Numbered from the stretch's first letter, positions 18,640 through 28,077 are shown. The stretch: 64,000 nucleotides of DNA from an uncultured Gammaproteobacteria bacterium (GCA_964395625.1 CAYNAR010000005.1:6537-70536); one strand, 5' to 3'. Made by a program: numbers and translations. The notes: generated by a model not told the origin, from the sequence alone.

Positions 18640-21600
18640 TTGTGTTATAATTTAAAAAGAAAAGTTCTCAATAAAAATTATATAAAAAATATGACAAGGA
18701 GAGTTTACTCGTTTTTTATCTATTCAGCGGTGCTGCTGTTTTGTTTTTCTTTGTTTTTAGTCAAGCCTTTTTCAAACGGGTCCGTTTCGGCTCAGGTCGG
18801 CGATGCCATAGCTGTTAGAGTCTTGCCTAATCCAAAGCATTATAGCGCCATGGATTGGTACCTTAATCAAGGCTTTAAGGGAACTCCTACGCCGATGAAG
18901 GTGGATGGCTATGACGCCGTGAAGGATGGGCGCACGGTCTATGTCAATGTGGCCAATGTCATTAATGCTTGTGAATGTTATAACGAGAGCGAGACTTGTA
19001 ATTGTACTAAGAATACTCCGATTTGTAATTCTAAGATAAATTATAATTTTACGATAATTCCTGCCAGCGCTTTTTCTTCTAATTTGACAGCGGATTGTTT
19101 TAGAGGATATATCCCTAATTATATATCTCCTGGTTCTGCCTCTGATAATCCGGCAGGAATGGAAGCCAGATTTGTTCCTAATAGCTATGTTTCTCACTGC
19201 TCGACCTCTATAGCGCCGAATATCGAGTGGAGTTCTTCATACGATACCATTCCTCCGGATTGCCCTTCCTGCCCCTATAGCTCTGTTTATGAGATGAAGA
19301 CGGTTTCCGTGAGATATACTGGCAATATAAATCTCACAGAAACGGGAAAGTGGATGTTTGGTGCGGTTTGTGACGATAATTGTGAGCTTTATATAGATGG
19401 AAGCAAGGTTATGTCTTGCTATCAGCCATCTCGCATTCCTTTAATAACGGATGATGATGCTTGTAAGGGTAGTGTTAATTTATCAAGCGGAAGCCATTCG
19501 ATTGTTTTTAGGACGGCCAATAAGACTGATGATGGCCCAATGTCGGCTAGACTTTATTGGATAACACCAAGCAATCTCGCAGCCCAAGAAGGCTCTCCGA
19601 CAGTGACTTGCACACCTAATTATACCTCTTGCCCATGTAATGGAAGTGAGGATACTAGGTCGTGTGTAACTTCACGTACTCCAGTATCTTGTAGTTCCCC
19701 TCATGATGTTACTGATTGTTCCGGAAGCACCATCTATACGAATATTTATTTGATTTCTTATAATCAGGATGCCGATCCTGGTACTTTGTCTATTTTTGAC
19801 GGAGTCCTGTCTAAATGGAGGTTCAACACTAATTTGAATATCCCCGGTAAATGTTTTAACAGTGAAAAGGAGACCGTGTCCTGTTTGGCCGATGCCGATT
19901 GCGAATCCGGTTATTTCTGTAATAGCGAAAAAGCCAAATTGGTCCGTGATGTCATAAGGCTTGGCAACATCGTCGGCATTCGCGGAAAGATAGAGAATTA
20001 TGGAAAGAAGAATGGTAGATATCCAACCCTTTCCTCTGGTTCTTATTTGCCTGGGAAAACGGTCTCCACTTGGCCTTCGTGGAACTCAGCGCTTGGCTCC
20101 GCCTTGGGTGTGGAGCTTCCAGTCGATCCCGTTAATTTCTTGGGTAGGTGTAGTAGTGATGAGGCTTTGAATGCAAAGTACGATAAAAATACTTGCTGGA
20201 GCGACTCTGACAAGTCTTTTGCCGATTCTGACACCATCGACCCCAGCTTGAATTTACCTCCAGGAAGCAGTGCGATGGTCTACGAGTCTCGTAATGATGG
20301 TTTGGAGTATAACGCCTGTGCCTATATGGAATCCGGCTATCTGGTTGATGGGGAGATGGGGGCATGTAATGGGAGCTTTAATCCGAATCAAGCTCCGGTT
20401 ATAGACTGTGGAAGTCTTAAGGCCGTCGCCGGTCAACCGTTCGAGGGGTATGTGACTGCGAGAGATTCCGATGATTCCAATGTGACGCTTACTGTTTCTT
20501 TGCCTGAATCTACAGCTGCCATCTTCTCCGTTAAGAATACGCCGAGTACGGCGATAAAACAGATTTTTGCCGCTTATATCGAGGGCGGAGTTTCTGGGAC
20601 ATATGAATTGAATGCTACAGCTAGCGATAGTCATGGAAATACTGTCAATAAAGTTTGTAGCATTAACACACAAACACAAACTTTTACGACATATCCGGTG
20701 CCAGATCAAAGGGTTTTAGTCGGCAAGGCTTTGGATTTTCAAGTTTACGCCTTTCATTCTAATAAGAATTATTCCGGTTTAACCTTTAATTTTAGCGACC
20801 CGAGATTCTCTTGTTCTTATTCGCCAACTTTGATTTCCGATGGGCGAATGCGTTGCGATGTTAGCGTGACTGCCAATGCCAGGGTGTTGCCGACACAAAT
20901 CGAGGTTCATGTTTCAAATGCCGCAGGGGAGAGGTCTCCTTCACAAACTTTCTATTTCGAGGCGTATAATAACCCCCCAGTGATCAATCCTTTGAAATGT
21001 GCCAATAAGGTCAGGGTGAGCACCCTCCCTTCTGGAGAAGCTCCTGGTCATTATAATTACGAATGCAGAGTGACAGCAACCGACCCCGATGGGCATACTG
21101 TATCTTTTCCTCCGGGATCGATAACTGGCGATTTGAGTGCCGCTGGCCTAGTTCATAGTAATGCCGGTGTTATAAGTGGATTTACTTCTGCCAATTATCC
21201 TGGTAATTATAATATAAGGATAACGGCCGTCGACTCTTATGGTGCGGTGAGCGATCCGGTGGACCTCCCTCTTAAGATAGTCGATTTTTGTGGCGATGGG
21301 GTCAAGCAGACTTTGAATATGGAAGGTAAAGGAGGTCCTAAAGACGATGGTTACGAGGATTGTGATGGTTCTGATGGCGTTCCAACACCACAACAGTCTA
21401 GCCCGACATGGCAATATGGGTGTGGCGCCGACAATTGTGCGTATTTGAACGCCGGTTATTGCGGAGATGGTGTTCTGCAGTGGACTTATGGCGAGCAATG
21501 CGACGATGGAAACAATATAGATGGTGATGGTTGCAACACTTATAACGGTGAGACCCCGTCTTGTCAATGGGAGTGCAACGACGGAACCGTTACTAACGAA

Positions 21601-22767
21601 GGTGCAATTCATGAACAGTGCGATTTCGGACATGATATCAATTGTTGTGCCTCCTGCAACTACACAACAGGCCCAACGCAGTGGGTTGAAGTTGCAGGTG
21701 GGGATTCTTTGGCTAGTGGTGAGTCTACGTCTTTGAATATTCCTAGCTGTCGCGGAGTTGTTGGCGGAACTTTTGACGCCACTCCGATGCCTTATGGTGG
21801 ATCTGCCTCGGAGGAGTCTGGTCCGGCTATAGTTTTTATAACCGATCTTTCCGGAAGTATGTTTGATTCGACGTATGCTATCACTAAAGAAGCTATTAAA
21901 GAGAGTATAAACAGATTTTACAACGAAGCCAATGCTAAAGGGATAAGCATTCATGTTGGGACAATTACGACCTATTCGGGTGGAGTTCATGATATTATTA
22001 ATATTGGGAACATGAATGATGATTACGGTGGAAGTGTTAAAAAAGGTCAGCTAGACGGCAGTGTGACTACGTATGGAGCGCGAAGTGATCAACCAGCATT
22101 TATGGCATCGTTTAATCAAGCGGCCAAGATGCTTAATGATTACGGAGCTAAAGCGGCTGATGGGGAAAAATATATAATATTTGCCACCGATGGTTGGGAT
22201 AATAGTCCAGGAAACGAGCTTACCGGTGTACAGGCTATAAAAGACTCGGGAATAAAAATTTATATGGAGACCTTTAACAATTGGACAGCTGGTTTTAATA
22301 ATGGTTCTTTGAATATTAGTTCTTGTAGTTTGAATTTATGCTATTCACTACAGGATATTTGTAAATGGTCCAGTGATAATGGCGATTTCAATCTTTGTTT
22401 TAAAAATATCAACGTCGACGACTCTATTAACGCATCTTATAATGGTTATTGCTATTACGTTGGCAATAAGACGGCCGCCAACCCTCCCAGTGCGGCAGTC
22501 GTTCAGAGTCGTTTAGCTGCAATAAACACAAGAGTGGTGAATTTGATTTTGACTCGCATACCAAGCAATATAACTTACGCGGTCAATGGAGTCTCCAATC
22601 CCTTGTCTTCTTATAAAGATTCTCCTTTTACGCCTCCTAATCCTTGTGATATTTCCGGCTCCGGTTGTTCGCCATCGGTCTTTAATTTCTCCACGGCTTT
22701 TACTGGCAGTGGCGAGATGAACTATAGTAATTTTAAATTGAACATAATACCGCTTTGTAGTGAATAA
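18640..22767 (+). CDS. Giant (1375 aa) secreted Cys-rich surface protein: signal peptide, PA14-like, pseudopilin-like motif, Ig-like repeats, Myxococcus-type cysteine-rich repeats, vWA/MIDAS domain
   Basis: Signal peptide 'MTRRVYSFFIYSAVLLFCFSLFLV'. PA14-like 'GKWMFGAVCDDNCELYIDGSKV...ARLYW'. 'NGRYPTLSSG...LPVDPVNF' resembles the GspG/pseudopilin core. 'CGDGVLQWTYGEQCDDGNNIDGDGCNTY' is a cysteine-rich-repeat signature. 'AIVFITDLSGSMFDS...IIFATDGWDN' is a vWA MIDAS (DxSxS...T...D). More than 70 Cys. Confidence 0.85.
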   Translation: MCYNLKRKVLNKNYIKNMTRRVYSFFIYSAVLLFCFSLFLVKPFSNGSVSAQVGDAIAVRVLPNPKHYSAMDWYLNQGFKGTPTPMKVDGYDAVKDGRTVYVNVANVINACECYNESETCNCTKNTPICNSKINYNFTIIPASAFSSNLTADCFRGYIPNYISPGSASDNPAGMEARFVPNSYVSHCSTSIAPNIEWSSSYDTIPPDCPSCPYSSVYEMKTVSVRYTGNINLTETGKWMFGAVCDDNCELYIDGSKVMSCYQPSRIPLITDDDACKGSVNLSSGSHSIVFRTANKTDDGPMSARLYWITPSNLAAQEGSPTVTCTPNYTSCPCNGSEDTRSCVTSRTPVSCSSPHDVTDCSGSTIYTNIYLISYNQDADPGTLSIFDGVLSKWRFNTNLNIPGKCFNSEKETVSCLADADCESGYFCNSEKAKLVRDVIRLGNIVGIRGKIENYGKKNGRYPTLSSGSYLPGKTVSTWPSWNSALGSALGVELPVDPVNFLGRCSSDEALNAKYDKNTCWSDSDKSFADSDTIDPSLNLPPGSSAMVYESRNDGLEYNACAYMESGYLVDGEMGACNGSFNPNQAPVIDCGSLKAVAGQPFEGYVTARDSDDSNVTLTVSLPESTAAIFSVKNTPSTAIKQIFAAYIEGGVSGTYELNATASDSHGNTVNKVCSINTQTQTFTTYPVPDQRVLVGKALDFQVYAFHSNKNYSGLTFNFSDPRFSCSYSPTLISDGRMRCDVSVTANARVLPTQIEVHVSNAAGERSPSQTFYFEAYNNPPVINPLKCANKVRVSTLPSGEAPGHYNYECRVTATDPDGHTVSFPPGSITGDLSAAGLVHSNAGVISGFTSANYPGNYNIRITAVDSYGAVSDPVDLPLKIVDFCGDGVKQTLNMEGKGGPKDDGYEDCDGSDGVPTPQQSSPTWQYGCGADNCAYLNAGYCGDGVLQWTYGEQCDDGNNIDGDGCNTYNGETPSCQWECNDGTVTNEGAIHEQCDFGHDINCCASCNYTTGPTQWVEVAGGDSLASGESTSLNIPSCRGVVGGTFDATPMPYGGSASEESGPAIVFITDLSGSMFDSTYAITKEAIKESINRFYNEANAKGISIHVGTITTYSGGVHDIINIGNMNDDYGGSVKKGQLDGSVTTYGARSDQPAFMASFNQAAKMLNDYGAKAADGEKYIIFATDGWDNSPGNELTGVQAIKDSGIKIYMETFNNWTAGFNNGSLNISSCSLNLCYSLQDICKWSSDNGDFNLCFKNINVDDSINASYNGYCYYVGNKTAANPPSAAVVQSRLAAINTRVVNLILTRIPSNITYAVNGVSNPLSSYKDSPFTPPNPCDISGSGCSPSVFNFSTAFTGSGEMNYSNFKLNIIPLCSE

Positions 22768-22779
22768 AAAAGCAAAAAT

Positions 22780-23436
22780 ATGAACAACAAAAAAATATAT
22801 TTTATACTTTTGCCGGCGATATTGGTTTTATTTGTTCTAGTGGCGGTGATTTATTTTTCTGGCGCGACAAAGCCCAAGGAAATAGGAAAAGATCTTGGGA
22901 AAAATACAATCGTCGAGGATCCTGATAAGGTTGAGGTCAATTCTGCGAAAAATAATGTCGGCGGAAAGAAGTCCGGTAAGGCCGGTATTTTGAAGAATGC
23001 CGAAGAAGAGCGTAATGCCTCGATTTGTTTGGATTATGAAGACGAGGAGTATGCCGTCGGATGTATTTCCTTGGTAGCTCAAAAGACAAGAGATCTTGGC
23101 GCCTGCTCTTTAATAAAGAATCAGATGGAAATGGTTAAATGTTTTGATATGACATTGTTTAGTAAAGCGGCAGATGAAGGGAACGTTGAGTTTTGCAAGG
23201 AAATGAAGGAAGACGAGATGTCTAGGTCTTGCGTGGTTAATTTAGTGGAGCTTGGTAAAATTCAAAAAGGGGATTGCGGTAAATTTGAAAAAAGAGAGAA
23301 GGAGTATTGTGATAATTATTATTCCTATCTTGGCGATGTTGCAGCGGCTTATTCAGCTAATAACGAAGGAGATTGTGGCAATATTAATAACGAATCAGCC
23401 AAGGCTTATTGTCTTGACAAGTTCGCCGTCAGATGA
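22780..23436 (+). CDS. Small Cys-rich membrane-anchored or secreted protein
   Basis: N-terminal TM or signal anchor (IYFILLPAILVLFVLVAVIYF) then ~190 aa with 12 Cys. Immediately downstream of the giant surface protein and followed by a terminator. Confidence 0.55.
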   Translation: MNNKKIYFILLPAILVLFVLVAVIYFSGATKPKEIGKDLGKNTIVEDPDKVEVNSAKNNVGGKKSGKAGILKNAEEERNASICLDYEDEEYAVGCISLVAQKTRDLGACSLIKNQMEMVKCFDMTLFSKAADEGNVEFCKEMKEDEMSRSCVVNLVELGKIQKGDCGKFEKREKEYCDNYYSYLGDVAAAYSANNEGDCGNINNESAKAYCLDKFAVR

Positions 23437-23456
23437 TTTATTTGATGAATATAAAA

Positions 23457-23490
23457 ACAGCCGACAATCAAGCTGCCGGCTGTTTTTTTG
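23457..23490 (+). terminator. Rho-independent terminator closing the surface-protein cluster
   Basis: ACAGCCG...CGGCUGU stem followed by UUUUUUU. Confidence 0.55.
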
Positions 23491-23500
23491 ATAAAATGAT

Positions 23501-24577
23501 ATGAACAAAAAAATAGAGACAAGACACGGAAAATTAAAGATCCCTTTTTTTATGCCAGACGCGACTCGCGCCTTGGTGAAGTTTCTTTCCGTTGACGAAG
23601 TCGGTCGTGTCGGTGCTTCGGCTCTTGTCGTCAATACATTGCATCTTTACCTCGAGCCAGGCATGAAGGTGATAAAAAAAGCTGGTGGTGTCCATAAGTT
23701 TATGAATTGGAATGGTCCTTTACTTTCCGACTCAGGTGGTTATCAGGTTTTTTCCCTGATTCATAAGAATCCGAAGATGGGCAAGATAGATGATGAAGGC
23801 GCTATTTTCAAGTCCACCTCGGACGGCTCGACTCATGTTCTGACACCGGAGAAATCTATCCAAATACAATTCGATTTAGGTGTGGATATGATGGTTTGTT
23901 TGGATGATTGTCCACCTAATGAGTTTTCTCGCGAGCAAATAGAGAAGGCTATCGATAGAACGGTGGCTTGGGCTAAGAGATGTAAGATGGAATACGAGAA
24001 ACAGGTAAAGAAGCGGAGGATTAAGAATGCGGAAAGACCGTTGTTGTTTGCCGTGGTTCAAGGCGGTCCTTATCCGGAATTAAGAAGGGATTGTGCTAAG
24101 CGTCTGGTGGAGATTGGCTTCGACGGTTATGGCTTCGGTGGACGTCACTTTGATAAAGACGGGGTATTTCTAGAATCCGCCCTTAAGGCTGCTATAGAGC
24201 TTTTACCCAAAAATTCCTACAAGTTTGCCCTTGGAATAGGTGCTCCGGAGGATATTTTCCGTTGCTATGCCATTGGTTGGGAAATGTTCGACTGCGTGAT
24301 GCCGACGAGAGAGGGGCGCCACGGTAAGCTTTTCTATTGGAAGGGGCAGATTCCTGAAAAAATAACGAAAAAAGATTTCTATAAGACTATTAATATAGGT
24401 AATAGTCGTTTTGCTATGGATTTTTCCCCTATAAATAAAGATAGTTCTCTGCCGGAATTAAGAAATAATACTAAGGCTTATTTGCATCATTTGTTCAAGG
24501 TTGGTGATCCTTCTGGGTCGCGACTGGCCAGTCTTAATAATTTAGAGTTCTATTATCAGATAATGAAGGTTCTTTAG
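23501..24577 (+). CDS. tgt: tRNA-guanine transglycosylase family protein lacking the canonical zinc site
   Basis: 'LYLEPG', 'DMMVCLDDCPP' (catalytic Asp region), 'FAVVQGG', 'GFDGYGFGG', 'FDCVMPTR' and 'AYLHHL' are TGT signatures. The CxCxxC...H zinc-binding segment is replaced by a Cys-free 'FSPINKDSSLPELRNNTK'. Confidence 0.8.
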   Translation: MNKKIETRHGKLKIPFFMPDATRALVKFLSVDEVGRVGASALVVNTLHLYLEPGMKVIKKAGGVHKFMNWNGPLLSDSGGYQVFSLIHKNPKMGKIDDEGAIFKSTSDGSTHVLTPEKSIQIQFDLGVDMMVCLDDCPPNEFSREQIEKAIDRTVAWAKRCKMEYEKQVKKRRIKNAERPLLFAVVQGGPYPELRRDCAKRLVEIGFDGYGFGGRHFDKDGVFLESALKAAIELLPKNSYKFALGIGAPEDIFRCYAIGWEMFDCVMPTREGRHGKLFYWKGQIPEKITKKDFYKTINIGNSRFAMDFSPINKDSSLPELRNNTKAYLHHLFKVGDPSGSRLASLNNLEFYYQIMKVL

Positions 24578-24669
24578 GTAATAAAAGCCAGATTTTATCA
24601 GACCCTTATTTTGCGGGGGTTGGAATTTTTTTATTAAGACATTATTTTAAAGATAAGTCAATTTTAAGT

Positions 24670-24698
24670 TTGACTTTTGGTGGTATAAGTGATATATT
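24670..24698 (+). promoter_or_regulatory. Putative sigma70 promoter upstream of RNase P RNA (-35 TTGACT, 17 nt, -10 TATATT)
   Basis: TTGACT at 24670-24675 and TATATT at 24693-24698. A second TTGACA at 24721-24726 abuts the RNA 5' end. Confidence 0.4.
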
Positions 24699-24730
24699 AG
24701 CCATATTGATATTTTGGATTTTGACAATTT

Positions 24731-25129
24731 CCAGGTAAGCAGATAGTCGCCCGTGTATAACGGGAGGAAAGTCCGGACTTCGAGGTTTTTGCTTTTGCAG
24801 CGACCGAAAGCGGCGGTGGGTAACGCCCACGAGGAGTAATCCTACGGAAAGTGCCACAGAGACTATACTAATTCCAAGCAATTGGAATAAAAGGTGAAAA
24901 GAATCTGGGTGCGGATGTTGGTTTTTAGGATATCCTGATCAATTTTCGCTACCGGATTCGCCCCCGAGCGATCGGGGTGACGCGGTAAACCCCGCCTGAA
25001 GCAAGGGCAAATTCTTCGTGTCAAAACGAAGAGGAACGTAGCCCGCACGAGCTACTGAGTAATCAGTGGCCAAGATTAATGACTATCACTTTGGCGACAA
25101 AGACAGAATCCGGCTTATAGTTTGCCTGG
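24731..25129 (+). ncRNA. rnpB: RNase P RNA (bacterial type, M1 RNA)
   Basis: Direct sequence match to universally conserved RNase P RNA blocks: 'GGGAGGAAAGUCCGG' (P4 5' strand), 'GGGUAACGCC', 'GAAAGUGCCACAGA', 'AGGGCAAA' and 3' 'ACAGAAUCCGGCUUAUAG' (P4 3' strand). P1 pairing CCAGGUAAGC...GUUUGCCUGG. No real CDS; only spurious overlapping minus-strand ORFs in the track. Confidence 0.85.
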
Positions 25130-25154
25130 AAATTATTAAAATTCAATAAATGTT

Positions 25155-26570
25155 ATGAAAAAATCAGGTCTTTTCTTCTCCGTTCTGCTTTTGCCGCTTG
25201 ATTACATAATGATAGTTTTGGCCGGTTTGACGGCTTATTATTTGCGTTTTTCGGATTTATTCAGCTCTTGGCGCCCGGCCATATTTGAATTAACGCTGGA
25301 GGATTATCTAAAGATTCTTTTGCCTTTGGCGTTGTCTTGGATTATTGTTTTCTCTTTGTCCGGTCTCTATGCGATTAAAAGCGCTCGTCGGCTTTTTAAG
25401 GAGGTTTATAGAGTCGTTTTGGCTTGTTCAACCGGATTCATGTTGGTAGTTATTTTAATATTCATTCGTCGCGAGTTATTCGATTCTCGTTTTATAATTT
25501 TAGCCGGATGGCTTTTGTCGATATTTTTTGTCAGTCTGGGTCGTGTATTTGTTCGTTTTTTGCAAAGGCGCTTGTATAAGGCGGGGATAGGTATAAGAAA
25601 AGTCGTCGTAGTCGGTTCCAGTAAGACCGCTGATTCTTTAATTGGTCTTTTTTCTCAAAATAAAGCTTTTGGCTATGAAATAGTTAAAAGATTGAGGGAC
25701 TTTGAATTGGAGACGGCTCAGGAACTATCTGATTTTATTAAAATAAATGAAGTCGATGAAGTTTTGCAGGCTGACCCTAATTTAACGAAGGCCGAGGTTC
25801 TTAGGCTTTACGATTTTGCCGATGAGAATCATCTTACCTTTAAGTATGTAGCCGATCTCCTGGATACAAAAGTGTTAAAGACCGAATTTTCGGAATTTGA
25901 CGGAATTCCGGTTATGGAGGTTAAAAAAACCCCCTTGGATGGTTGGGGGCGCGTGCTCAAGAGAACGTTCGATATCATCCTTTCTTTGCTGTTGTTGATT
26001 TTGTTTTCGCCGGTATTGGTTGTTTCTGCCATCTTGATAAAGCTCGAATCTTCTGGGCCGATATTCTTTTCTAGTCGCGACGACGGCTCTCCGTTGTATC
26101 GCGTTGGGCAGGGTGGAAAATTATTTCGTTATTTCAAATTCCGCTCTATGATAGATAAAAGTGATAGCATGCGCTATAATGAGCTATCCGACAGGAATTT
26201 GCGCAAGGACGGCCCATTGGTTAAAATAAAAGATGACCCCCGCGTCACTAGGTATGGCAAGATTATGCGTCGTTTTTCCATAGATGAGTTGCCGGAGTTC
26301 TTCTTGGTGCTGAAAGGGGATATGTCATTGGTTGGTCCAAGACCACACCTTCCCGAGGAGGTGGCTAAATACGAGCGTCACCACAAGAAGGTGCTTTCTA
26401 TAAAACCCGGAATAACCGGCATGGCACAGATATCCGGAAGATCGGATTTGTCATTTGAAGAAGAGGTTAAATTAGATACATATTACATAGAGAATTGGTC
26501 TCCTCTTATGGATTTGACTACAATACTAAGAACTCCTTTGGCGATATTTAAAAAGAGGGAAGCCGAATAA
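25155..26570 (+). CDS. Polyprenyl-phosphate glycosyl-1-phosphate transferase (WbaP/WcaJ 'bacterial sugar transferase' family), initiating enzyme
   Basis: Multi-TM N-terminus. C-terminal 'FKFRSM...DELPEFFLVLKGDMSLVGPRP...KPGITGMAQ' is the sugar-transferase signature. Confidence 0.9.
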   Translation: MKKSGLFFSVLLLPLDYIMIVLAGLTAYYLRFSDLFSSWRPAIFELTLEDYLKILLPLALSWIIVFSLSGLYAIKSARRLFKEVYRVVLACSTGFMLVVILIFIRRELFDSRFIILAGWLLSIFFVSLGRVFVRFLQRRLYKAGIGIRKVVVVGSSKTADSLIGLFSQNKAFGYEIVKRLRDFELETAQELSDFIKINEVDEVLQADPNLTKAEVLRLYDFADENHLTFKYVADLLDTKVLKTEFSEFDGIPVMEVKKTPLDGWGRVLKRTFDIILSLLLLILFSPVLVVSAILIKLESSGPIFFSSRDDGSPLYRVGQGGKLFRYFKFRSMIDKSDSMRYNELSDRNLRKDGPLVKIKDDPRVTRYGKIMRRFSIDELPEFFLVLKGDMSLVGPRPHLPEEVAKYERHHKKVLSIKPGITGMAQISGRSDLSFEEEVKLDTYYIENWSPLMDLTTILRTPLAIFKKREAE

Positions 26571-26588
26571 ATTTTTTATACACATAAA

Positions 26589-27716
26589 ATGAATATAGCT
26601 TTGGTTCATGACCACCTAGCTCAAGACGGTGGTGCGGAGAAAGTTTTAAAGGTCTTTACGGAGATGTTCCCCGAGGCTCGCATTTATACTTTGCTTTCTG
26701 AAAAAAATAATGTAGAGAAAAACTATCCAGGTTGCAAGATAGATACGTCGATAATTCAAAGATTGCCAGGTGGCGTAAAACATTATCAGTGGTATATGCC
26801 GTTTATGCCGATGGCGGTGGAGTTTTTCGATTTGACCAGTTACGACTTGGTGATATCCGATTCCTCGGCTTTTTCCAAGGGGATTATAACGAGACCGGAG
26901 ACCATGCATATAGACTATTGTCATACACCGACTCGTTATCTTTGGAGTGATACCCATAAATACATAAAAGAGCTCGGCTATAATAAGTTTCTTAAAAAAA
27001 TCATATTTTTAGTTTTGAACTATATTCGTCTTTGGGACAGGCAAGCCGCGCAAAGACCGGATTTCGTCATAGCCAACTCTAAGACCGTACAAAAGCGAAT
27101 CAGTAAATATTATGATCGTGACAGTGAAGTTATATACCCGCCGGTGGACACCAAGAGATATAATGTGACTGGTGAGCTTTTTGATGAAGGGTTGCACAAA
27201 GAGGATTATTTCCTTATCGGGTGTCGTTTGGCCCCTTACAAGAGGGTTGATATAGTCATAGAGGCTTTCAAAAAGATGCCGGAGCGTAAATTGAAGATAT
27301 TCGGTTCAGGCGTCGATTTCGAAAGATTGAATAAATTAGCCGAAGGAGCTTCGAATATCGAATTTTTAGGAAGAGTGGAATGCGATCGTCTCGCTAAACT
27401 TTTTTATAATGCCAAGGCTTTTATTCATCCGCAGGAAGAGGATTTCGGTATCAGTGCCGTGGAGTCCATGGCTTGTGGGACTCCGGTCATAGCCTATGGG
27501 AAAGGTGGCGCGACCGAGATAGTGACTAATGGAAAGAGTGGCATCTTTTTCGACAAGCAGACTCCGGAGGCTGTCATTGTCGCGGTGAATAATTTTTCAA
27601 GAGATGGATTCGATAAGCTGGTTGTTCGCGCGGAGGCGGAAAAATTCAGCGCAGATAGGTTTAAAGAAGAGATTAAAATGTTCATTAATAGAAAGTTCGA
27701 GGATTTCAAAAAATAA
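26589..27716 (+). CDS. Glycosyltransferase family 4
   Basis: 'HPQEEDFGISAVESMACGTPVIAYGKGGATEIV' is a GT4 EX7E motif. Confidence 0.85.
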   Translation: MNIALVHDHLAQDGGAEKVLKVFTEMFPEARIYTLLSEKNNVEKNYPGCKIDTSIIQRLPGGVKHYQWYMPFMPMAVEFFDLTSYDLVISDSSAFSKGIITRPETMHIDYCHTPTRYLWSDTHKYIKELGYNKFLKKIIFLVLNYIRLWDRQAAQRPDFVIANSKTVQKRISKYYDRDSEVIYPPVDTKRYNVTGELFDEGLHKEDYFLIGCRLAPYKRVDIVIEAFKKMPERKLKIFGSGVDFERLNKLAEGASNIEFLGRVECDRLAKLFYNAKAFIHPQEEDFGISAVESMACGTPVIAYGKGGATEIVTNGKSGIFFDKQTPEAVIVAVNNFSRDGFDKLVVRAEAEKFSADRFKEEIKMFINRKFEDFKK

Positions 27717-27744
27717 ATTTCACAATTCCACAAAGGAAGGGTCT

Positions 27745-28077
27745 ATGAGATCTAAAGAGCGTAGGGTTTTTGATTTTCGTATTTTTCTCGGTAAAACATC
27801 AGAGAAGTATGGTATGTCTCCTGCCTATAAAGGGAGGGTGAGAATCGGTATCGATGGTGGTGTTTCGGCGACGATGCTCGGCGAGAAGGGGGATGCCTTG
27901 TCTACGGTTTGTGGTAATGCGACAGGTGTAAAAATAGAATTTTCCTTTGGCAACGACGTGACCTTTTCTTTTCCTTTCAGTAAAGTCACTTATCCTGGTT
28001 TACCGCTCGGTAATTACATGATAGGAAAGTATGGCAATGATTCATTTTGTGATGAAGCGCTTGCTGTCTATAAATGA
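27745..28077 (+). CDS. Small hypothetical protein (110 aa) within the glycosyltransferase cluster
   Basis: ATG at 27745 preceded by AAGGAAGG RBS. The track's longer 27604 start would overlap the upstream glycosyltransferase. No recognisable family. Confidence 0.45.
   Translation: MRSKERRVFDFRIFLGKTSEKYGMSPAYKGRVRIGIDGGVSATMLGEKGDALSTVCGNATGVKIEFSFGNDVTFSFPFSKVTYPGLPLGNYMIGKYGNDSFCDEALAVYK

Noticed and set aside
21148-21990. 280-aa minus-strand ORF inside the giant surface-protein gene
   Set aside because: Entirely antisense to a strongly supported 1375-aa CDS. Low-complexity Arg/Thr/Ile-rich translation typical of an antisense frame.ly.
24642-25048. Two minus-strand ORFs (79 and 61 aa) in the tgt to sugar-transferase spacer
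   Set aside because: The region is occupied by RNase P RNA on the plus strand; the ORFs are chance frames through a structured RNA gene.
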